A stretch of 41,714 nt of DNA from Candidatus Eiseniibacteriota bacterium (GTDB lineage Bacteria > Arandabacterota > Arandabacteria > Arandabacterales > Arandabacteraceae). The notes below the pieces were generated by a model. The model made no database searches. It was given only the letters and a program-made list of their open reading frames with translations, and was not told the DNA's origin. The stretch lies in contig JBDRNT010000034.1 in NCBI GenBank assembly GCA_043810925.1, positions 1-41,714 on the forward strand, read 5' to 3'. Positions within the stretch are counted from its first letter, which is position 1. Every line of letters starts with the position of its first letter. The position numbers and the translations under genes are program-made. Of this stretch, positions 1 to 10,019 are shown piece by piece.

Positions 1-273
1 AGACCTCCCTGTAGTGCCGCGTAACATCGCAATGGACCCCCAATCACGAGATGAGCCTCGGGAATCTCCCACTGTTGGTGGATGGTTTACATTGTCACGC
101 GATCACGCTGGCGAAAATCGGGGGTTTTGGGATGGGAACTACCTAATTACCACCGAGATAACTCGACCTTAATTAGTAATAATTAGTAAGCTGGTACCGA
201 ATTATACCTATGATACTACACAATCGACGCAGCGGCAACCGCTTGCGGCAGGCTGCCGGCGCAAGTCTCAGCA

Positions 274-303
274 TTGACACGTCTTAAGATGGGTGGGTAT
301 AGT
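274..303 (+). promoter_or_regulatory. sigma70-like promoter of the lipoprotein gene
   Basis: TTGACA (274-279), 18 bp spacer, TATAGT (298-303), about 100 bp upstream of ATG 407. Confidence 0.65.
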
Positions 304-406
304 GTGGTAGACGTGTACACAGACACAAGCTTCGACCCCCAATCAAGTTGCAGGCGGGGACGATCCCGAAGTCAAGTGAGGGTAGACGAGTGTGTGGAGG
401 TTAGTC

Positions 407-2563
407 ATGGTTAGAACCCGAAGCAATTCAGTTGTCGGTGTGTTACTTACAGCCTGCTTTCTGGCGGTCCTGGTTGCGGGTTGCAGCGAGAAAGGGGGCG
501 GCACCCGCTTTGCCAATACGCCGCCTGAGACCTTCATCACCTACGGCCCGATCGAAGATTCTCCCAACTACTACGAGATAGCAGTTCAGTGGTATGGGGC
601 CGACCAGGACGGCCGTGTCGAATCGTTTGAGGTCGTCACCTTAAGAGATGTGACCCAGGAGCTCTCCGGCAGCCTCGATTATGAAACTCTGCCCTGGGTA
701 CTCACAACACTAAACCACGGCGATTTCGCACTTCCGGCCGACTCGTGTTGCACACCCGATGAGGACGAGTGGTACAGCACTTCACTCTGGGGTTTCCTTG
801 TAAGGGCTATCGACAACGAGGGAGAAAGAGATCCCGACCCCGCCAGCATCTTCTTCCAGGCCTCAAACCAGGTCCCCAAGGTCACCATAACCGCTCCCTG
901 GGAAACCGTCTGGGGTTACGTTAACCTTCCGCCCCGCTTTTACCTTGAGTGGGAAGGCGATGATCCTGACGGCAATGAAACTCTCATGTCATACAAGTAT
1001 ATCGTCATACCCGAGACCGATCTTCTCACCCGCTCAAAAAGTGATTTGCCCGACAATCCGTGGCCGGGACTGCCTGCGTTTGACAGCGATAGCTCGGGAG
1101 TAAATCACGGCGCGCCCCCAAACGGCTACTGGAGCGAGTGGGTACGGGCTGATTGTACCTACGTCAGAGATCTCGATCTGTCCGACTATGTCGACACCGA
1201 AGAGTTCGTCCATATATTCGTGACGGCGATGGACGAGGCGGGGGCAGTGCTCCCACCGGCCCTCTTCGGTGGTCATTACAATCTCTCTCGGAACCATATC
1301 AAGGTGAAGGTTGGTCGAGATGACGATGGAGTTCCGATTGTAATAGACGGGGCAGTGGCCGGCCGAAGGGCCAGTACCGATCCCGACTCTGAAACCAAGA
1401 TCGCATATCTCTACTCGGGAACCGAGGTCCGATTCGCATTCTGGGGACTGGAGGACGAATCACACGGGCAGGCCGCCGAAGCCTTCCGTTTCTATTACGA
1501 TCACCCTGAGGGCTCAACCTGGGACGAGTGGACACCGGTCGGCCCCATGAGGCGAACTGATGCGTGGCCGGAATGGATTGTCAGGTTTCCGGCGGACCCA
1601 TTCGCTCCGGAGCCTGGCCCGCATGTCTTCGTTGCCGAAGTGCGTGATCTCGGAGGGTCTGTCACCCAGTGTATGTTTCATATAGAGGTCCTTGGGGATC
1701 CCGAGAGCAATCCTGAACGATCGATACTTCTTATTGACGACAACGTGGATGATGGCCTCGATCTCCCACCCTGGGAGACGTGGCACGAGCAGCTCGAGGA
1801 CAGCATGTGGACCGATATTCTCGCCGGTTACAGCTGGAACGTCTTCGATACGGGTCCTGAGTTCAATGAGAGGGTTTCAGCCGAACTCGTGGGGAGTGCT
1901 ACCACCGTCATATGGGCCGCTGATGAGGATACGGGTTTCGAGTCGCAGCTCTTCAGGCTCTGTACGGAGTACGGCAATTTCCTTCATTCATACGTCAAGG
2001 CCGGGGGTAATCTCATAATCATAGGCCGCAATCCGATCTTCGCTCACTTGTTCTGGCCTGACGGCTCGCCTCGGCTTGATGGCATGTGGTTCACCCAGCC
2101 CATACACTGTTGGGATTTCAGGTGGAAGCGAAGTGGTAACGATTCGCTTCTTTACCACAACTTCAACTGGGATATCTTCGGTATAAAGGAGATGTGCCTT
2201 CCCTACGATCCGGTGCCCTTCAGCACACTCTGGCCGTGCAGAGCGGAATGGGACACCGTTGAGACACGCACCATACCCGGGTACGACGGATGGGACGGGG
2301 TCTTTGACAGTGCCTTTTTTATTACTGAGGCAAGAACCGACATCGAAGTGCAACGACTCTATGGCGTGATACCTCTCGGTGCGGGTGGAGAGCCGGGTAC
2401 ACCTGACTGCACCAGGTGGCTTGCGGTTTATGTGCCTGGTGATGACACCAGGGGACACGCCGCCTATATCGGCTTCCCGCCACTGCTTTGTGATCATGAC
2501 CAGGTCAAGGCGATGGTAACACAGCTGCTCGGTCGCTTCGGGGAGTACCCCTCAGGTCCGTAA
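407..2563 (+). CDS. large secreted lipoprotein of unknown function
   Basis: GGAGG at 396-400 precedes ATG 407; signal peptide with LVAG-C lipobox; two W-x-G-x-D-x-D-G motifs; C-terminal alpha/beta-like domain (ILLIDDN, YVKAGGNLIIIG). Confidence 0.8.
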   Translation: MVRTRSNSVVGVLLTACFLAVLVAGCSEKGGGTRFANTPPETFITYGPIEDSPNYYEIAVQWYGADQDGRVESFEVVTLRDVTQELSGSLDYETLPWVLTTLNHGDFALPADSCCTPDEDEWYSTSLWGFLVRAIDNEGERDPDPASIFFQASNQVPKVTITAPWETVWGYVNLPPRFYLEWEGDDPDGNETLMSYKYIVIPETDLLTRSKSDLPDNPWPGLPAFDSDSSGVNHGAPPNGYWSEWVRADCTYVRDLDLSDYVDTEEFVHIFVTAMDEAGAVLPPALFGGHYNLSRNHIKVKVGRDDDGVPIVIDGAVAGRRASTDPDSETKIAYLYSGTEVRFAFWGLEDESHGQAAEAFRFYYDHPEGSTWDEWTPVGPMRRTDAWPEWIVRFPADPFAPEPGPHVFVAEVRDLGGSVTQCMFHIEVLGDPESNPERSILLIDDNVDDGLDLPPWETWHEQLEDSMWTDILAGYSWNVFDTGPEFNERVSAELVGSATTVIWAADEDTGFESQLFRLCTEYGNFLHSYVKAGGNLIIIGRNPIFAHLFWPDGSPRLDGMWFTQPIHCWDFRWKRSGNDSLLYHNFNWDIFGIKEMCLPYDPVPFSTLWPCRAEWDTVETRTIPGYDGWDGVFDSAFFITEARTDIEVQRLYGVIPLGAGGEPGTPDCTRWLAVYVPGDDTRGHAAYIGFPPLLCDHDQVKAMVTQLLGRFGEYPSGP

Positions 2564-2597
2564 ACCGGGACCGTCACCCGGCAGCAAAGATCGTTGT

Positions 2598-5240
2598 CTA
2601 TCTGACCATGTTCACGGTCTTGGTCTTGACCCCGGCATCGGTCTCAAGCCGCATGAAATAGACACCGCTTGCCACGCGTCTACCCTCATCGTTTGTGCCG
2701 TCCCATGCCAGTTGCTGCCTGCCCGAATCCGCATAACGTGACTCGAGCGACTTCACCTTCCGCCCTGCCAGATCATAGACATCGAGTGAGACCTGAGACG
2801 GCCGCGAAAGCACAAATGTGATCGTAGTCGCGGCGCTGAAAGGATTCGGATAGTTGGCAAACCCGGTGACAATCCCCGGCTCCCGCGCATCGACTCCGCT
2901 TAAGTCCGGAAGCGTCGTGAGATCGAAGGAGTGCATCGACCGTCCATGCGTCCCGGCAACCAGCGTACGGCTCGGATTGTGGAGATTAAGGTCAAAGACC
3001 GGGACGGCCGGAAGCCCGGTCCCAAGCATCGACCATTCGGCGCCGGGCACCTCCGTGCAGTAACAGCCGACGTCGGTTCCCACAAAAAGCCGCGAGGGCT
3101 GGGCGGGATCCACCACGATCGCATTTACAGGTGCACCGGGGAGGTTCTCGGTAATATCAGTCCAGGATGCCCCGTAATTTTCGGTTCGATAGACATAGCC
3201 GATGTTCTCATCCCACCTGAGGCCCGAGAACGTCACATAGGCGATTCCAGGACCCGTGGGGTCCGTGGCAACACGCGTCACCCAGCGATTCGGGAGCGAA
3301 GCGGAAATGTTGGTCCAGTTGTCACCGCCGTTCTGCGTTACCCATACATTGGAGTCATCGGTACCGACATAAATCACATCGGGGTCGGCGGGTGAGACCG
3401 CGATTGTCGTGATCGTACCGAAGCCGGCACCCTGATCGCCGTTTGTCAGGTCACCGCTTATGGGATCCCACCAGTCGGCTCCGTCTGTCGACTGATAGAC
3501 CCTGTGGCTTCCATAGTAAAGCGTCAGGTGATCGGACGGATCCATCACCACGGGCGTCATCCAGTTTGTCCGGTCGTCGCCGTTGATACCGTCCAGGGCA
3601 TAGGTCCAGTTACCTGCGAAATTGGTCGACTTGTACAGATAGCCGTACTGGTACTCCGCATATATTATGTCGGAATCGGTCGGATCCACGATGGAGTAAA
3701 ACCCGTCACCACCCAGTATGTTTTCCCAATCGGAGGTCCCCCCCGTAGGGGTCCTGAGCGTACCGTTATCCTGCGTACCGCCGTAAAGCCGCGCCGGGTT
3801 AAGATAGTCGATCTCGATCGCATAGAACTGATTTGTAGGCTGGTCGTAGAGCTTGCTCCAGGACGTGCCGGAGCTTTGCGACACATAGATGCCGCCATCG
3901 TTCCCCTCGAAGATCCGGGTGTGGTCGTTGGGATCGAAGGCCATGGCGTGATGATCCACATGGTTGCTCGAGCCGACCTCGGACCAGGTGGAGCCACCGT
4001 TCTCCGAGCGGTAAAACGGCACACCCAGGGCAAAGACCCGGTTGGGATCGGCGGGATCGACCCTGATCTGTCCGAAGTACCAACCGAAGGAGCTATGGAT
4101 GTTCTCCAGCACCGCGTCATTGGTCCGCGTCCAGGAGTCACCACCGTTTGTCGACTTGTAGACCTGGGCATAGTAATACGGGCTCGGAATGTCATAAATG
4201 GCGTAGATCACATTGGGGCTCGAGGCGCAAACCGAAAGACCTATCCGGCCGACATCCGGGCCTGACGGCAGCCCGCTCGTAAGCTCCACCCACGTGTCCC
4301 CACCATCGTAGGACCGGTAGATGCCGCTTGTGACGCCACCCGACCTGCGATATGTGAGTCCGCGACGCCGTTCCCACATTGCGGCGAAGACGGTATCCGG
4401 TCTGGTGGGATCAATGGCAACATCAGTCCCGGCCGTTGAATCGCTGACCGAAAGCACGAGATCCCATGAGGACCCCGCGTCAGGCGAGCGATAGATCCCA
4501 CGCTCGGGATTGGTACCGAAGAGACTTCCCGTCCCTGCAACCCAGATCCGGTCCGTGTCCATCGGATCGATAACAATACGGGCGATATAGCGGGTCGCTT
4601 CGAGACCGATGTAGCTCCAGTTTGCTCCACTGTCAGTTGACTTATACATGCCCATGCCGAACCAGCTGAAACTCGGGGCATTGGCCTCACCTGTCCCGAC
4701 GTAGATAGTATTCGGAGACTCGGGATCAATGGCAATGGCTCCGATAGTAAGGACCGGCAGATCATCTGAAATCGGATCCCACGTGCTACCGCCGTCACCG
4801 GATCTGAAGACACCGCCGCTCGCCATCGCTGCATAGATGATATTGCTGTTGGTCGGATGAAACGCAAGGTCGGTCACCCGGGCACCGATGTTACTCGGTC
4901 CCTCCTCCACCCAACTCCCTGCGAGCGCGGCCTGTCCCCTCTTCGCCTCAAAACGTAGTGCCTGGGCCTCGGCCACGGCCTGCTTGAGCTGATCGTAGTC
5001 AATCAGCCCATAGGGATAGGCGCGCTGATTGAAGCCCCAGCCGCTCGGAAAGGCACCCGGCTCATAGCGCTTGCCCTCAGCCGCAAGCTCGGCCTTCATG
5101 TCCGCCTTGAGTTGGGCCGCTCTCTGAGTGACTTCCTCCCGGGTCAGACTGCCGCCCCGCTCGCCGGGTCTCTGGATAAACCAGAGAGCCGCGGCCGCGA
5201 CCACTACGACTAAGACCGTCAGCATCAATCTGCGCTTCAT
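2598..5240 (-). CDS. secreted Asp-box/BNR (Vps10/sortilin-like) beta-propeller protein, glycosyl-hydrolase-like, with C-terminal FlgD-Ig/T9SS-type domain
   Basis: N-terminal hydrophobic segment; about 11 SxDxGxxW-type repeats (RSGDGGSTW, KSTDSGANW, RSYDGGDTW...); GGTQDNG and GTHGRS motifs; tail NYPNPF...VYDLAGRKV...WDG...SGVYF; AGGAG RBS. Confidence 0.85.
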   Translation of the reverse strand: MKRRLMLTVLVVVVAAAALWFIQRPGERGGSLTREEVTQRAAQLKADMKAELAAEGKRYEPGAFPSGWGFNQRAYPYGLIDYDQLKQAVAEAQALRFEAKRGQAALAGSWVEEGPSNIGARVTDLAFHPTNSNIIYAAMASGGVFRSGDGGSTWDPISDDLPVLTIGAIAIDPESPNTIYVGTGEANAPSFSWFGMGMYKSTDSGANWSYIGLEATRYIARIVIDPMDTDRIWVAGTGSLFGTNPERGIYRSPDAGSSWDLVLSVSDSTAGTDVAIDPTRPDTVFAAMWERRRGLTYRRSGGVTSGIYRSYDGGDTWVELTSGLPSGPDVGRIGLSVCASSPNVIYAIYDIPSPYYYAQVYKSTNGGDSWTRTNDAVLENIHSSFGWYFGQIRVDPADPNRVFALGVPFYRSENGGSTWSEVGSSNHVDHHAMAFDPNDHTRIFEGNDGGIYVSQSSGTSWSKLYDQPTNQFYAIEIDYLNPARLYGGTQDNGTLRTPTGGTSDWENILGGDGFYSIVDPTDSDIIYAEYQYGYLYKSTNFAGNWTYALDGINGDDRTNWMTPVVMDPSDHLTLYYGSHRVYQSTDGADWWDPISGDLTNGDQGAGFGTITTIAVSPADPDVIYVGTDDSNVWVTQNGGDNWTNISASLPNRWVTRVATDPTGPGIAYVTFSGLRWDENIGYVYRTENYGASWTDITENLPGAPVNAIVVDPAQPSRLFVGTDVGCYCTEVPGAEWSMLGTGLPAVPVFDLNLHNPSRTLVAGTHGRSMHSFDLTTLPDLSGVDAREPGIVTGFANYPNPFSAATTITFVLSRPSQVSLDVYDLAGRKVKSLESRYADSGRQQLAWDGTNDEGRRVASGVYFMRLETDAGVKTKTVNMVR

Positions 5241-5320
5241 ATCATGGCTCCTTTCAGGATCGATCCGGGTAAGTTGATTCCGCTAAAATCAGAGTAGACC
5301 CGCACACACCCATCTTGTCC

Positions 5321-5329
5321 ATTATACCA
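5321..5329 (-). promoter_or_regulatory. extended -10 element (TGgTATAAT) upstream of the beta-propeller gene
   Basis: ATTATACCA on + reads TGGTATAAT on -, 80 bp upstream of the start codon. Confidence 0.5.
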
Positions 5330-5479
5330 TAGAAGCAGGGCGGTTTCCAGCGTTGGATTCCCCATCTAGGCGGGCCAGAGGGATCGCGCATGTAATTACG
5401 ATGGACTTAGCGGTCTTCCACCGGAACTCACATAGGACTCGAGTAACACTGGCTGAATGGAGAGGAACGGACCGCCGGA

Positions 5480-6769
5480 TCAACCGATTTCGGATTGAGG
5501 CTGTGCGGCACCGGCAAGGGTTTCGAAGTGGTCTCTCAAGATCCCGGTGATCTCGCTTTCCCACTGGGGAACCACCATCCAGCGGTCGTCCACTTTCTTA
5601 AGACAGACCATGAGCGGACTCACCGGGTACTTGAAGGCGATTTCGCGAAGGAACTGCCAGTGCTCCTGGGAGTGGACCCGCCGTCCGAGCATGGTCACCT
5701 GAGTTGACGCGAGCTTCTCTTCTATGGTGGAGATGTTTTGTATGATGTCCTTCTCCCTGAGCTCGCGGATCAGCCCGAGCATGGAACCCAGCGTTCCGAC
5801 TTCAGACGAGCCGCCACCGGCCACGGCCTTCCCCGCATCCGCCAAGTCCTCCTCCGACTCAAGCAGATGCTCAAGCCTGTCTCGCAGGCGCCTAAACTGC
5901 CACGCCTCGAGCAGTTCGTCCACACCCGTAAACTCCTTGCCCAGACTCCCGGCAGTTCTCCTGAGTTTCTCGAGGCTCTCCCTGCCCTCATCGTTTCCGG
6001 GCGAGACACGCCCCAGCGACTCAGTGAACCCGGCAATCTCACGTTCTATCCGGTTGAGGCTTTCCTTGAGATCATTGATCTCTTTACGCTCTATGTCTTC
6101 AAGATCATTGTGGGCAGTCCTGTAGTCCATGTAGAACTTGACCGCGTCAGGATCCATCTGAAGCGCAACCGGCGCGAGCAGTGCGCGTCTCGTCTCAGGC
6201 GAGAGATCCTCAACAGCCTTAAAGACCCGCGCGCTCGCAAGCAGGTACTTCAGCGCCCCGTGCACCGAAGCCTCGCTGCTCAGTCGCGTGACACACTTCT
6301 CCGGAGCCGCGGCACAACCTTCATGCAATGCAGTTCCTGAATACTGAAACAGCGGACTCCCGTCATCAAGATCGAGGCTGGCGGCGATGGATAGATCCCT
6401 GGCCGCCGCGGTCATGCCACCTGTCTTTACGGACTCAAGAGCCAGGGAGATTCGTTTCTCGACATACTGGTCTTTCTCATCGAGGAGATCAAGACAGCGG
6501 GCCGCCGAAAGAAACTTGCCTCGTTCTATGCCGTGCTCAAGTATCGTCCGAATAAGGGTATCCGGCAGGTCTTCCGGGTCGGGCTGCCCGGCCAGCACCT
6601 TCTCGACCTCAGCAGTTATGGTTGCCGTATCACCGTCATCAGCGCTAAGCCCGCTGAAGTCGAGACCACTAACATACGGCGGGAGTTCATGAGCCAGACT
6701 GGCGAGTGCAAGCGATATATCACCCAGGCTTATTCCGGCGACAAGAAGCGATTTGCGTTCATCATCCAT
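5480..6769 (-). CDS. hypothetical alpha-helical/coiled-coil protein
   Basis: 429-aa ORF with ATG and GAGGGG RBS, 39 bp downstream of the kinase gene; heptad-like E/L/R-rich central region; no family recognised. Confidence 0.7.
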   Translation of the reverse strand: MDDERKSLLVAGISLGDISLALASLAHELPPYVSGLDFSGLSADDGDTATITAEVEKVLAGQPDPEDLPDTLIRTILEHGIERGKFLSAARCLDLLDEKDQYVEKRISLALESVKTGGMTAAARDLSIAASLDLDDGSPLFQYSGTALHEGCAAAPEKCVTRLSSEASVHGALKYLLASARVFKAVEDLSPETRRALLAPVALQMDPDAVKFYMDYRTAHNDLEDIERKEINDLKESLNRIEREIAGFTESLGRVSPGNDEGRESLEKLRRTAGSLGKEFTGVDELLEAWQFRRLRDRLEHLLESEEDLADAGKAVAGGGSSEVGTLGSMLGLIRELREKDIIQNISTIEEKLASTQVTMLGRRVHSQEHWQFLREIAFKYPVSPLMVCLKKVDDRWMVVPQWESEITGILRDHFETLAGAAQPQSEIG

Positions 6770-6808
6770 GATCCTGGCCTACCCCTCTTCGGCTCACGTG
6801 CTTTAAGT

Positions 6809-8527
6809 CTAGTACTTGAAGATGCTGTCCCCGATAAACTCCCTCAGAATCGAATTCGGCGGCACTTCCCTGCCGGGGATCGTGAGGAAATAGGAAAGGA
6901 AGCGTAGCAGCCTCCGGGTTTCGGCATACTCCTCAGCATCGAGTTCTATCTTCTTCAGGAGCTTCTCAGCGTATCCCTTGAGCACACACAGCTCATACAC
7001 CAGCGAGGAATCGAACATCACGTCGGCCTCCTCCTGGTGCGGGAATACGTACTGATCCTCCCCCCTTCGCACAGACCGCCACCTCGAGAGCGTATCACGG
7101 GCCGCATAGCCGCGGAACAGGTTGTCCCTTACGATCCGCCTCAGTTTCCTTATGTCCGTCGTGGGAACCCGGTTGTGAAAATCGATATTGAGCTGCGACA
7201 GCGCACTCACATATATCTTGAACTTCATGATCGACGGGATCGACGGCGTCAGTGCCGGATTGAGTGCGTGTATGCCCTCAAGTATCAGTGTCTCCTCACT
7301 ATCAAGGCTGAACCTGCGTGAACCGCACCGCTTACCCGATCGGAAACTGAATCTCGGCACCTTGACCTCCTTGCCTCCGATCAGGTCGAGCAACTGCCGG
7401 TTTAGGAGTTCTATGTCAATCGCGTCGGGCGCCTCAAAGTCGTACTCACCGGTCTCGTCTCGGGGAGTTTCCTCCCTGTCGAGGAAATAGTCGTCGAGCG
7501 AAAGCGTCGCGTTCTTAAGTCCGTTGACACTCATCTGGATCGCAAGCCGTTTGGAGAAGGTGGTCTTCCCCGAACCCGACGGGCCCGATATCAGAATCAG
7601 CCTCGGTCTTGTGAGCTTCGACGCAATCGTATCCGCAAGATGCGCGATCTTCTTCTCGTGAAGAGCCTCGGCCATGCGGACGGTCTGACCGCCCTCGCCC
7701 GCCTCTACGATCTCATTGATATCGCCGACCTCGCCGATCCCGAGTATCTTCCCCCACTGGACGTGCTCCCTGAAAACCTCGGCCATCTTCTTCTGCTCTT
7801 CGAATTCAGGGATGCTCATGGGATGTTCATACCGAGGAAATCGCAGTATGAATCCCGGCGGGTAGTAGCGCAGCTCAAAGCGACTGACGTACCCCGTGCT
7901 CGGCGCAAGACAACCATAGAAGTAATCTGTGAATTCGCCGAGTTTGTATATGCTGACGGTGGGCTCGGTCCGGTACTTAAGCACTCCGACCTTATCCATC
8001 TGCCCGTCCCGCTCGAATATGGCGACTGCCTCTTCTACGCTTACCTCCTGCCGCACAAATGGCTCATCGGCATTGACGATCTCTCTCATCCTTGCGTGAA
8101 GTTTCTCGATATCCTCGGTTTCGAGGTGGCGGCCGAGACCTATCTCACAGTAGTAGCCTTTACTAAGGGAGTGTCTAACATAGACATTCGGGTTCTCGAA
8201 CACCTCACGTGCGGCCCTGGTCATTACGAAGGTGAGGCTTCGCCTATAGACGCTCATGCCATCGGCCGTGTCGATCGTAACAAACACCAGCGTCCCGTCA
8301 CACTCGAGCGGTGATTTGAGTTCCCTCACCTTGTAGTTGTACTTCGCAGCTATTACCGGATACTCGGTGTCCACCTTGTTCTTCTTAAGAATCTCAAGCG
8401 CGGTCGTCCCGACCGGCACGGTCAGATCCCCAACCCCTTCAACCGTCACCTTGATCGTGGTCTCTTTAGACCTGGCCTTCCTGGTCTTTGTCTGTTTCAC
8501 CTTTGCTCTTTCACTTGCTTTGCTCAA
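6809..8527 (-). CDS. uridine/nucleoside kinase with N-terminal threonyl-tRNA-synthetase-like (TGS/SAD) domain
   Basis: ThrRS-like N-terminus (VYRRSL, GYYCEI, DYFYG); P-loop GPSGSGKTT; LSLDDYF, EGIHALN, RRIVRD and C-terminal NSILREFIG typical of this fusion family; TTGA overlap with upstream gene. Confidence 0.85.
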   Translation of the reverse strand: MSKASERAKVKQTKTRKARSKETTIKVTVEGVGDLTVPVGTTALEILKKNKVDTEYPVIAAKYNYKVRELKSPLECDGTLVFVTIDTADGMSVYRRSLTFVMTRAAREVFENPNVYVRHSLSKGYYCEIGLGRHLETEDIEKLHARMREIVNADEPFVRQEVSVEEAVAIFERDGQMDKVGVLKYRTEPTVSIYKLGEFTDYFYGCLAPSTGYVSRFELRYYPPGFILRFPRYEHPMSIPEFEEQKKMAEVFREHVQWGKILGIGEVGDINEIVEAGEGGQTVRMAEALHEKKIAHLADTIASKLTRPRLILISGPSGSGKTTFSKRLAIQMSVNGLKNATLSLDDYFLDREETPRDETGEYDFEAPDAIDIELLNRQLLDLIGGKEVKVPRFSFRSGKRCGSRRFSLDSEETLILEGIHALNPALTPSIPSIMKFKIYVSALSQLNIDFHNRVPTTDIRKLRRIVRDNLFRGYAARDTLSRWRSVRRGEDQYVFPHQEEADVMFDSSLVYELCVLKGYAEKLLKKIELDAEEYAETRRLLRFLSYFLTIPGREVPPNSILREFIGDSIFKY

Positions 8528-9057
8528 TGCTCGATCTCCCTGATCCGCGTCTTGTATGCCGCTCGCACCTCTGAGAAGAACTCGTAATACATACCACTCT
8601 TGAAATCAGGAAAACCCCAATCATAGGGTTTCCACCCCTTATCATAATAGAGTGTAGGATCGGCGTACACCCCTTTTCCAAGATAAATCTTCTGGCTGAG
8701 GAACTTGCCTGATACAAGTATGAGTTTGTGGAAGTCCAGGTAGCCGGGATCGATGTTTACGCGTCGCTTCCCGCCCGATGCGAACGCCTGCTCGATCCCG
8801 TTGGCGGCCAGTTTGGCGTCGACGATCTTCCCCGGATCGATGAGGTCCCGGAAAGCGTAGAATATCCGCTTGAGGGTGCCGCCCATTTCATCTTCGTAGT
8901 AGCCGGTCGCATCGAAACTGAACAGCTGCGACTTGAGTTCTATGGGGCCAAACCGGTGTTCGAGCTCCGCCTCCAGGGGTTCAAGCAGATCGCGGCCGGC
9001 GAAGATCACACCCATAAGAAGCTTCACGGGCCGGGGCTCTTTGAGTCCACTCATCAT
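8524..9057 (-). CDS. DUF4416 family protein
   Basis: YYEDEMG, RRVNIDPGYL, IYLGKGVYAD and WGFPDF motifs; ATGA overlap with the upstream stop supports start 9057. Confidence 0.8.
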   Translation of the reverse strand: MMSGLKEPRPVKLLMGVIFAGRDLLEPLEAELEHRFGPIELKSQLFSFDATGYYEDEMGGTLKRIFYAFRDLIDPGKIVDAKLAANGIEQAFASGGKRRVNIDPGYLDFHKLILVSGKFLSQKIYLGKGVYADPTLYYDKGWKPYDWGFPDFKSGMYYEFFSEVRAAYKTRIREIEH

Positions 9058-9896
9058 GTATGTCTTCTTTCCATCAAGAGTCGCTGTGCCAGTTCCGTCC
9101 ACTCACCGCTTATGCCGAATTCCTCCCGTATGACACTTTCTACGCCATCTTTGAGCCTACGCTTACTGATCGTCCCGCGGGATGTGAACTTGAAGAAATC
9201 CCGTCTGAAATAGATGTGCCCCTGTGGCGTCATCATGGTCAGACAGATGTTGTTGAGCGTGGGCTTGGTGAAGGAATCGATCCAGTAGCCCTCGAAGTCC
9301 TCCTCGCGCACGGGTGTATCAACAAATCCGTATCTCCACTTACGGCCGGAAGCATCTTCGGTCCACAACCGGAACCGGTTGTCTTCCTCCCTTTCGATCT
9401 CGACCACTGCATGCGGAAACGTTACGGTTGTCCTTCCCCTGGTGGGAAGCTCGATCACTTCATAGAGAGCATACCCGGGATCGATCATGTACTTCGCGCC
9501 GCATTCCTTCACGATTACCAGGCAGTGTACGTTCGGGCCCATATGCATGTCGGCCATCACTTTATAACAGTCGAATCCCGGCGCAGTCAGCATCCTTTCG
9601 AGAAGGAATGTCAGCGAGAAACACGTGCCGCCGAAGTTCCGTCCGAAGTGGTCGTCGACAACTTCAAGCGGAAACCGCATCGACTGATGAGGTCCGGCGG
9701 AGCCGGCGTTCTTTATGATCTTGCTGATGTTTTCATACGGAAAACGCGCGAGATGACGCGTTAATTCCCTCATGAAGGCGACGCCACTTGCCTGCCGGGC
9801 CATGCCGGTACGAGACAGAAAGAGGCGGGTGGCCTCTTCACCCCTTACGGTTTCTATCAAGGCAGCCCCCGATACTTGTAACAAATCCGACAACAC
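9054..9896 (-). CDS. arylamine N-acetyltransferase family protein
   Basis: FPYEN motif and Cys-His-Asp triad contexts GGTCF, VHCL, IDPG; start position uncertain. Confidence 0.75.
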   Translation of the reverse strand: MLSDLLQVSGAALIETVRGEEATRLFLSRTGMARQASGVAFMRELTRHLARFPYENISKIIKNAGSAGPHQSMRFPLEVVDDHFGRNFGGTCFSLTFLLERMLTAPGFDCYKVMADMHMGPNVHCLVIVKECGAKYMIDPGYALYEVIELPTRGRTTVTFPHAVVEIEREEDNRFRLWTEDASGRKWRYGFVDTPVREEDFEGYWIDSFTKPTLNNICLTMMTPQGHIYFRRDFFKFTSRGTISKRRLKDGVESVIREEFGISGEWTELAQRLLMERRHT

Positions 9897-9899
9897 CTG

Positions 9900-9940
9900 T
9901 TGACACGGCCTAATTCTATTATAAACTTACATTGTTTCAA
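9900..9940. promoter_or_regulatory. overlapping divergent sigma70-like promoters
   Basis: + strand TTGACA (9900-9905)-16 bp-TAAACT (9922-9927) facing the dehydrogenase operon; - strand TTGAAA (9940-9935)-16 bp-TAGAAT (9918-9913) facing the acetyltransferase. Confidence 0.45.
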
Positions 9941-10019
9941 GCATTCTATGGGTAGCTGGCAGGCTGCCCGTCGCGGCAATGGTCGTTCAGACACTGAACC
10001 TGAAAGTGGAGGTTGAGGT

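Noticed and set aside
9941-10019. Riboswitch in the operon leader
   Set aside because: Only two short hairpins (GGGTAGC/GCTGCCC and GTTCAG/CTGAAC) in under 90 nt, with no recognisable aptamer or terminator; an Rfam scan would settle it.
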